From: Sanchytrium tribonematis
Taxonomy: Eukaryota
Reading direction: 5' to 3'
Assembly (NCBI GenBank): GCA_018985235.1
Contig: JADGIG010000033.1
Location: forward strand, 1-36,538
DNA: 36,538 nt
Positions 29,689 to 36,538 of the stretch are shown here, one piece after another. The notes beneath the pieces were generated by a model. It made no database searches and was not told the DNA's origin. It saw only the letters and a program-made list of their open reading frames with translations. How positions within the stretch are numbered: position 1 is the first letter of the stretch; the number at the start of each line of letters is the position of its first letter. The position numbers and the translations under genes are program-made.

Positions 29689-32343
29689 ATGATTCAAGAA
29701 ATAAAGCTTGCGCAACAAATGTTACTAAACAATAATTTAAATGGATCTATTTCCATTCTTGAAGAAGCTATAACAGTTCATCCTTCCAACAGAGAATGTC
29801 TTGAGCTTTTGGCGGAGGTTTCATTTAAAGCCAAGTTGTATTCGCAATGTATAAAATATAATCAACTTTTGCTTCCAGTATTTGAAGACAAAGAACACAT
29901 ACTTATTCAATTAGGTGTTTGTTACCAGTGCCTATTTCAAAATGAGGAAGCACTTTACTATTTAAAAGAAAGTTTGAAATTTGGAATTTCAGGATTAGCC
30001 AATCTAATTCTGCTATACATACAATTAAAGAAACAAGACGATGCAATTGAAGAAATGATGGACTTAGAATATAACATATGTGATGCTGAAAGCGAAGACA
30101 AAGTCTTGTTTTTTTCCACGTTTGCAACATTGTATAAAAGTATAAAAAATCCATATCAAGCCTTCAAATGCTATGAAAAAGCATTTTTTGCAACAAATTT
30201 AAGGCTGGATAATATTATTTTGGATGCGTTACAATATTTTGATATTAGTGTGGAATTTTTTGTCTTTCCGTGGCAAGTCTTTGAAAAGTCAATACTAAAT
30301 AGTTTGATCTCTAATTTACCAGAACCTCAAGACCTTGTATTGACAAACCAAATCTATCCTCTATATTCGAATATATTTATGGAGTTGGGGCTGCAATATT
30401 TAGATTATTCAAACTACGCATTTGCATTGATCGCTTTTCTCCTGGCTTACAACAGCAAGCCTAGCGCTACGCCTTGTGCATTTATTGGTAGCATATTACT
30501 GCCACTTTCATTAGACTTATCCGAATTATATCTTTTTTACGGATCATCCCTTGGGGAGGACGCACATTTATATGGAACCTTGGGAAAACTTTATTTGAAA
30601 AGAAATAGACTGGAAGAAGCTATGGAATGTTTTGAAAAGGCAATCATTTTGAATCCAAAACTCGATCATGTGAAATTCGAAATGGCACGAATCTATAAAT
30701 TGGAACGAAACTTTGCAAAAGCATTGGAGTATTTAATATCTTGCTGTGAATCAAAACCTGAAAATGTTTATTACATCTCTGACAAAATATGCACCAGCTT
30801 GTTTGTGTGCGACTGGCGTACGGTCGATATGGATTTTCAACAAATGCAAAAACTTTTACGAGAATTCTTCAAAGTACCGCTAAATTCCCGCGCACTTTCC
30901 GAAATATTGGATCTAAATGTGAAAGATACGCCATTTAAACCAACTGATTGTTTTACACTTCCTGTCAGTTCAGAGCAATTAGCATTAATAAGTTATTACA
31001 ATTCTATTATTGCAATTCAAAATGTTCATAGCAGCGAATGGTTTCCTGTAAATGGATACAAAAAATCACTTGATCATTCTCGGATTCGCATTGGATATGT
31101 TTCCAGTGATTTTAGGGATCATTCTCTCTCTCATTTGTTGCAAAACATGTTTAAATTTCAAAATGAGGATAAATTTGAAATATTTGGATATGCATTAAAC
31201 CAAAGTGATGGTAGTGAATATCGAAAAAAGATTGAAGAAAATATTGCACACTTTCGGGATTGTTTCAGACTTAGTCTTGGCCAAATTTGTGAATTGATAG
31301 AGTCCGACGAAATCGATATTCTTGTCGATCTTAATGGATTTACAGACGGAAGAAGAACTGAAATATTTGCAGCAAAAGCAGCTAAGATTCAAATGCATTA
31401 CATGGGGTTTCCTGGACTTATGAGCAATCTCTTTATGGATTATTGCATTGCTGATAGAGTAGTCGTTCCTGATAGCCTTTCAAATTTTGCGAGTCTCCAG
31501 GAAAAAATCATATATATGCCAAATACATATTTCTGTACAGACCATAAGCAACAGTCTGATAGCAGTTTGATGATGTTCAGTGAAGAAGCGTGGCAATCTC
31601 ACGAGCTGGAAAGAAATATGCTCCGTGGTGAACTTTTTCCACATTTATCCCCAAACACCATCATTTTGGGTTCATTTAATCAACTGTACAAACTTTCACG
31701 AGAAAATCTTGTTTGGATCGAAATTCTTCAAAATACTACTAACACAATTATCTGGATGCTTAATTTTCCGGAATATGGAGCCAAAAATTTACTCAAGTTT
31801 ATAATGAATGTGGATCAAAATATAGTCGACAGATTCTATTTTACAGATTTGGTACCCAAAAAGCAGCACCTACAGAGAGCTAAGGTCTTGGATATATTTT
31901 TGGATAGTATTGAATGCAATGGGCATACAACCGCTTGCGATGTTTTATGGAATGGAGTTCCACTTGTTACGTTTCCAAAGTATGACTACAAATTTGCCAG
32001 CCGAGTTGCAACTTCTATAGCCAATGCAACTGGTTATGGTCATGAAATGGTTGTTTCAAATTACGATGAATATATTCAAAAAGTTATTGAATGGGTTACA
32101 TCGGCTTCGCCTGTTATTATTGAAACTCTGCCAAGAATTAGAAATTTAAAACATCAAAACCAATTTCATTCCTTTGAAGGACCTTTATACCATTTAAAAC
32201 GACAATTGTTTGAAGAGAGATATAGCATGCCACTTTTTGACACTCAAAAATGGGTCAGAAATTTGGAAAGAGGGTTTTTAGAAGCATTCAATAGATACAA
32301 GAAAAAATTGCCCGTAGAAAATATTTACGTACGTGAGATGTAA
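29689..32343 (+). CDS. OGT: O-GlcNAc transferase (GT41, OGT/SEC type) with degenerate TPRs
   Basis: TPRs; RIRIGYVSSDFRDHSLSHL, DILVDLNGFT, YMGFPG, FNQLYK, CNGHTTACDVLWNGVP, ASRVA, PLFDT. Confidence 0.9.
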   Translation: MIQEIKLAQQMLLNNNLNGSISILEEAITVHPSNRECLELLAEVSFKAKLYSQCIKYNQLLLPVFEDKEHILIQLGVCYQCLFQNEEALYYLKESLKFGISGLANLILLYIQLKKQDDAIEEMMDLEYNICDAESEDKVLFFSTFATLYKSIKNPYQAFKCYEKAFFATNLRLDNIILDALQYFDISVEFFVFPWQVFEKSILNSLISNLPEPQDLVLTNQIYPLYSNIFMELGLQYLDYSNYAFALIAFLLAYNSKPSATPCAFIGSILLPLSLDLSELYLFYGSSLGEDAHLYGTLGKLYLKRNRLEEAMECFEKAIILNPKLDHVKFEMARIYKLERNFAKALEYLISCCESKPENVYYISDKICTSLFVCDWRTVDMDFQQMQKLLREFFKVPLNSRALSEILDLNVKDTPFKPTDCFTLPVSSEQLALISYYNSIIAIQNVHSSEWFPVNGYKKSLDHSRIRIGYVSSDFRDHSLSHLLQNMFKFQNEDKFEIFGYALNQSDGSEYRKKIEENIAHFRDCFRLSLGQICELIESDEIDILVDLNGFTDGRRTEIFAAKAAKIQMHYMGFPGLMSNLFMDYCIADRVVVPDSLSNFASLQEKIIYMPNTYFCTDHKQQSDSSLMMFSEEAWQSHELERNMLRGELFPHLSPNTIILGSFNQLYKLSRENLVWIEILQNTTNTIIWMLNFPEYGAKNLLKFIMNVDQNIVDRFYFTDLVPKKQHLQRAKVLDIFLDSIECNGHTTACDVLWNGVPLVTFPKYDYKFASRVATSIANATGYGHEMVVSNYDEYIQKVIEWVTSASPVIIETLPRIRNLKHQNQFHSFEGPLYHLKRQLFEERYSMPLFDTQKWVRNLERGFLEAFNRYKKKLPVENIYVREM

Positions 32344-32445
32344 TCTTGTACTTAGAACACAGTGGGATACAAGAAATTACAAAATGAAAATCACCAATCA
32401 AGCACAAACGCAAAGAAAATAAATGTGAGTTGCGACTTTCAATCC

Positions 32446-32703
32446 ATGTTTTTTCCTCTAGCGTTCACGGTTCCATTAATGGATCCTACAATGATGAATA
32501 TGAATCCAATGATGCCAGGAGGGCCAACAATGGACCCACTTGCTGGCAATGTTGCAGTCCCACCTCCACCGAGAGAATATGGCGTGCAAGAGAAATGGAA
32601 AAAAAGTTTAATATTCTCAGGTGTTATTGGGGGATCAGCATTGGCACTTTTAAGCATGGTGATGTGTTTTAGGGCAAAAAGTTGCCATCCGAAAAAACCT
32701 TGA
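32446..32703 (+). CDS. Small single-pass membrane protein, Met/Pro-rich
   Basis: MFFPLAFT leader, MMNMNPMMPGGP, TM segment LIFSGVIGGSALALLSMVMCF, AATAAA after the stop. Confidence 0.6.
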   Translation: MFFPLAFTVPLMDPTMMNMNPMMPGGPTMDPLAGNVAVPPPPREYGVQEKWKKSLIFSGVIGGSALALLSMVMCFRAKSCHPKKP

Positions 32704-33052
32704 TGAAATAAATTATATATCTATGATTCAAACCACTGAAAAAAAATACATATGATGATCTGCGATGCTGGGAACGCTTATAATTAATTAAAAACTTAGA
32801 CTCAGTGATTTACATCTACAGATTTTTTGTCAATCGAAAAGTGTAAATTACTAGACTAAAGGATACTCAGATGCTGTACCTTAATGCGGTTTTCAAAAGA
32901 GAATACGCTTCCTATATTAATACCTCTAATAATGTTCTAAAAATTATCATGCAATTATTATTTCGCCTCATTTCACCGATTGGTGTATTCCGATGATCTT
33001 GTAGCATAGATCGTGCGGGTGCGATAAATATCAGACTTTTACCGTAAACAAT

Positions 33053-33487
33053 ATGTCCAAGATAGGAAATCCTCTTGAAATTCATAATGTTATTGCTTTG
33101 ATATTATGTAAATATCACAAATGTGATGATTCCGAAGAAAAAGTGGCCGACGAGCTCAAAATTATATCCAGAAATACCAGAGCTGATTATGAAGCAATAT
33201 TAATGGCGGTCAATTACATATATAAACTAGTAGTTTTAAACGATCATAAATTAGATTGGAAGCCAAATGTTGTGTTTGCTGTCGCGCTGTGGATTAGTTG
33301 CGAAATTCGTGATCAAATTCAAATTGAAGCTCAGAAATGGCACGAGAAAACACAAATTCCTATGAGAGATCTCAAGCTAGTAGAAACTGTTTTCAAAGGT
33401 TCGCTTGGACACCAGCTATTTCTTACTGCCGCTGAATTTGATCAATTCAAATCCGAATTTTCGAAGCGCATATCCAGCTTACAATAA
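33053..33487 (+). CDS. Pho80/PCL-type cyclin-like protein, divergent
   Basis: AILMAVNYIYKL, VFAVALWISCEI.D, W...T.IP..DL...E..F...L...LFLT..EF. Confidence 0.7.
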   Translation: MSKIGNPLEIHNVIALILCKYHKCDDSEEKVADELKIISRNTRADYEAILMAVNYIYKLVVLNDHKLDWKPNVVFAVALWISCEIRDQIQIEAQKWHEKTQIPMRDLKLVETVFKGSLGHQLFLTAAEFDQFKSEFSKRISSLQ

Positions 33488-33496
33488 CTATTAATT

Positions 33497-35495
33497 TTAT
33501 TTACTGCTAATTTCTAATAAATTTTCTCTAGATTGACTCAAATCCTTCAGTCTTGAGAACCGTCTTTTTGTTGGAGATTTCATTGCAGTAGCTCCACTAT
33601 CCACTGTATTTGATTCGTATTGTGACTCTTCTTCAAGTTGTTCTCTCTTTTGCTTTTTTGCCTCTCTTCTTTTCCTTTCGTTCTTGTTGCGAATATGAAA
33701 CCCACAAGAGAATAAAATTATTAGAAATACAATAACGCCGATAATGACATACAATTGATTGTTTGCCAGGGTTCCACGAAATTTGTCAACTAAATCAGTT
33801 TTGATTACATGAACTAGAGTACTCACAAGATCCCATTTTACATTTTCCAAAACCACCACCACAAATAGATCCATCAATCAAAAAACTGTCAAATTGAGCA
33901 CAACCTCCAGCTTGTTTACAAGTAAGCTTACAGTCCGAATCTCCAGTGACTATGCCAGTGCAGGATCCTGATGAGTCAGGATAAGCATCTGTACATTGTT
34001 TATCACTTGACGTGCAATATTTGGAAGCACAATGACCATCAAAGTTAATTGTAGGGTCATGACATGATGTGCCATCTGCTACAAAAACATTATTTGGACA
34101 CTTTGCGTGTATGCCATCACAAACTTCTTCAAAGTCGCAAACGCTTTCCTTTTTCCTACAAATCTGAGATTTCGATACAACTTGACAACCTGAACAACAA
34201 CTTTCATTTTTATCACTACATGTGGACCCTTTTGTTAGTTTGCAATCTTTAGTGCAACAAGTATCTGTTGAACAAAGGTCTCCGCAATCACATTCTTCAC
34301 CCGCTTCTAAAATTCCATTACCACATACATTTTCACTAAATGCGATTAGAGCAGAGCTTGAATTTCGAATACAGCTAAAATTTGGAATATTATTACAAAC
34401 TGTAGAGATTGAACCTGAAGCGAAATTATCTGTTGCGACATTTTGATTTGGATTCATTATATATTGACCTCTACAATCACAAGAATCACACTTATTGCAA
34501 TTGTCACAAGTCCCAAGGCAATCATGTATGGCTCCCAAATTGTGCGCAATTTCATGAGCCATAACTTTCCAACTTTCTTTCTGTCTTGTAGCTATCGAAA
34601 CACCACTGAAATAATTATTGCCTGTTGCAACATCTGCAGTTTTATGGCAAACAGCAGAGGGCCAGGCTAAACCAACTTTTCCATCACTTGGACAAGTGCT
34701 GTATAAATGCCACAAGTCAATATCATCTTTTCGTCCACCTCTCCATTTTGAAAAATCACTAATTCGTTGCATCATCGAATAATTTCCTGCACAGGGAATG
34801 TTCCATCGGTCAAACTCGCCATCCTTATCAGCTTCACCTTTCCATCCGTTGTATTTCTGACTGCAACTCGAACGAATGTCTAACACCGTTAAAATCAATT
34901 GTAAATTAAAAGAGCTTTTGTAAACCGAATTAGTCCTGGCCAATACACCTAATATTTCACGCATCACAGCCTCTATATCCTCGTTAGATTGTTGTACTAC
35001 GGAGCAGTCTACCATTATACCCAAATTTATATATTTTGTTTCCTTGGGACAAGGCGTTGCGTCAGTTGCCAATTCCAATTGTTTCGGACCAAGCAAGTTT
35101 TCAGAAATATCATGCAGACTAGAATTAGTCGCACAGACCAAATTATCCGAGGCAGCATTTTCTAAAATTTCAACGTCGCCGCTATCAATGACTAGTCTTC
35201 CATTTTTTTGAAGTAATTTGTAATTTGTGTGATTAAATGTGAATTCAGCGGAAATAGAAGGAAATTGGTCACAGCTATTTTCTTTTTTCACAAAGGCATG
35301 TCCGCTGCCGGTCAAGCCAGCATATGAAATGGAAGTGGTAAAAAATCTAGATTCAATGCTCATTGGATATGGTTCAAAATGCATTTTGATTATTGATTCA
35401 TCAAGCAATTTAAAAGCATAATCAAATGTGCTTGACGGATATATACATGGAATTGATTTTTGAAAAGGAATTAAGATTTGATATAACAAACTCAT
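33497..35495 (-). CDS. ADAM metalloprotease-disintegrin, type I membrane; join(35495..33809,33789..33497), 659 aa
   Basis: HEIAHNLGAIHD zinc motif, Met-turn YIMNP, disintegrin CGNGILEAGEECDCG, Cys-rich domain; exon 2 encodes TM LYVIIGVIVFLIILFSC and a tail. Confidence 0.93.
33790..33808 (-). other. 19-nt spliceosomal intron
   Basis: GTAATCAAAACTGATTTAG with branch motif CTGAT; joins the ectodomain to the TM exon as CEYSS-S-F-DKFRG. Confidence 0.9.
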
Positions 35496-35613
35496 TTTGA
35501 AACCGATGATAGACGTGTAATAATTCTTTCAGAGGCTACAAAAATTTCACACAGTCAAAATTGCATTCATTAAATTTGGTTAAGCTTTAATTGAAATTTC
35601 TGCCTGATTGTAT

Positions 35614-36414
35614 ATGACAAAGGAGGTTCCAAATATTTCTCATACACAAACATTTTTATCGGGCGCAACGGCACTGGCGATTGCAATGGGAACAATGCAC
35701 CCATTAGATACAATCAGAACCTGTATACAGAAAAATATAAAACCGCAAAATTTATCAAGAGGTATTGTTACAAGTGCTACAGCAGCTTGGCCACAAGGTG
35801 GGATTAGATTTATGGTTTACGAGAAATTGAAAAAAGATAATATGATCAAGACTGGGCTTGAAAAACCTACAATAACTGGCATTACTTATGCTGCAGTTAT
35901 TGCTGACTTGTGTTCTTCTATTGTAAAGGTTCCAAGGGAAGTCGTGACCACTAACATGCAAATCAATGGAACTAATTTCGGTGATACTGTAAGACACGTG
36001 CTTAAGGTCAAAGGCCCTTTGGGATTCTTTACAGGGACTGTTAGTACAAGTCTTAGAGACTCTCCATTTATGGTTTTATTGTTTATATCTTACGAACTTT
36101 TACAGAGTCAACTTGAGGATGTGTTTTACAAGACTCATGAAAAGCACCATATATGGATAAATGCTTTGATAGGAAGTACTGCGGGCGGCATTGCTGGTGG
36201 CCTTACAACACCTTTCGATGTGATAAGAACAAATGCTATGATTTCTTTAACATCGACTGGCAAAACCACAAGTAATTTATATAGAGAGGGCGGTGTGAAA
36301 ATTTTCTTTCGAGGATTCGCAGCACGATCGATATGGTGGATGGGAGTTTGTGGTGTATTTTTTCCATTGTACGAGAAATTTAAATATTATTATATAATTG
36401 ATGAAAATAAATAA
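35614..36414 (+). CDS. Mitochondrial carrier, SAM carrier (SLC25A26/Pet8)-like
   Basis: HPLDTIRT, IVKVPREVV, LRDSPF, AGGLTTPFDVIRT, GFAARS; three Px[DE]xx[KR]-type repeats. Confidence 0.85.
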   Translation: MTKEVPNISHTQTFLSGATALAIAMGTMHPLDTIRTCIQKNIKPQNLSRGIVTSATAAWPQGGIRFMVYEKLKKDNMIKTGLEKPTITGITYAAVIADLCSSIVKVPREVVTTNMQINGTNFGDTVRHVLKVKGPLGFFTGTVSTSLRDSPFMVLLFISYELLQSQLEDVFYKTHEKHHIWINALIGSTAGGIAGGLTTPFDVIRTNAMISLTSTGKTTSNLYREGGVKIFFRGFAARSIWWMGVCGVFFPLYEKFKYYYIIDENK

Positions 36415-36538
36415 TGTTCTAGTTCCTTCAATATTTCAAAAGCAAACTTTTGTTTTATTCCCTTAAAAGAAGATTATATAAATCTGAAACAAAAATTTTA
36501 AATGTTGAGAGGTAAAGCGATTTCTGCAGGCAGGCCCA

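Noticed and set aside
1624..35997. Many short antisense or alternate-frame ORFs in the ORF track (for example 1624-1824, 4672-4878, 21886-22242, 26038-26328, 34064-34670)
   Set aside because: Shadows of well-supported genes, often with non-ATG starts and no motifs
1..36538. Alternative genetic code (for example TAA/TAG = Gln as in Amoeboaphelidium)
   Set aside because: Conserved genes are open in the standard code and TAA, TAG and TGA all terminate genes

Overview
Ultra-compact, AT-rich eukaryotic genomic DNA using the standard genetic code. About 30 protein-coding genes are packed with spacers often of only 4-30 bp. Gene content is fungal/opisthokont-like (V-ATPase A, Pik1-type PI4K, GGA, OAC1, Prp45, Nop16, ribosomal proteins, ADAM, OGT) and includes two cilium-associated genes: a degenerate IFT dynein-2 heavy chain and a MOK/LF4-type kinase. 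This suggests an early-diverging zoosporic fungus with a reduced flagellum (sanchytrid-like; inference only). The main discovery is that five 'split' or prematurely ending ORFs are repaired by spliceosomal introns of exactly 19 nt, and a sixth probably carries a 20-nt intron. All six fit GTA-N7/8-YTNAY-NNAG, with the putative branch-point A always 6 nt from the 3' end. The same window encodes a shortened Prp45/SKIP whose hallmark SNWKN motif reads SNYKN. Other signals: poly(A) signals fused to stop codons, a positionally conserved CACGTG E-box before ribosomal protein genes, very short signal peptides, a bacterial-type beta-helix carbohydrate enzyme carrying a tiny intron, and two speculative ncRNA candidates. 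No mobile element, CRISPR array, tRNA or rRNA was recognised.
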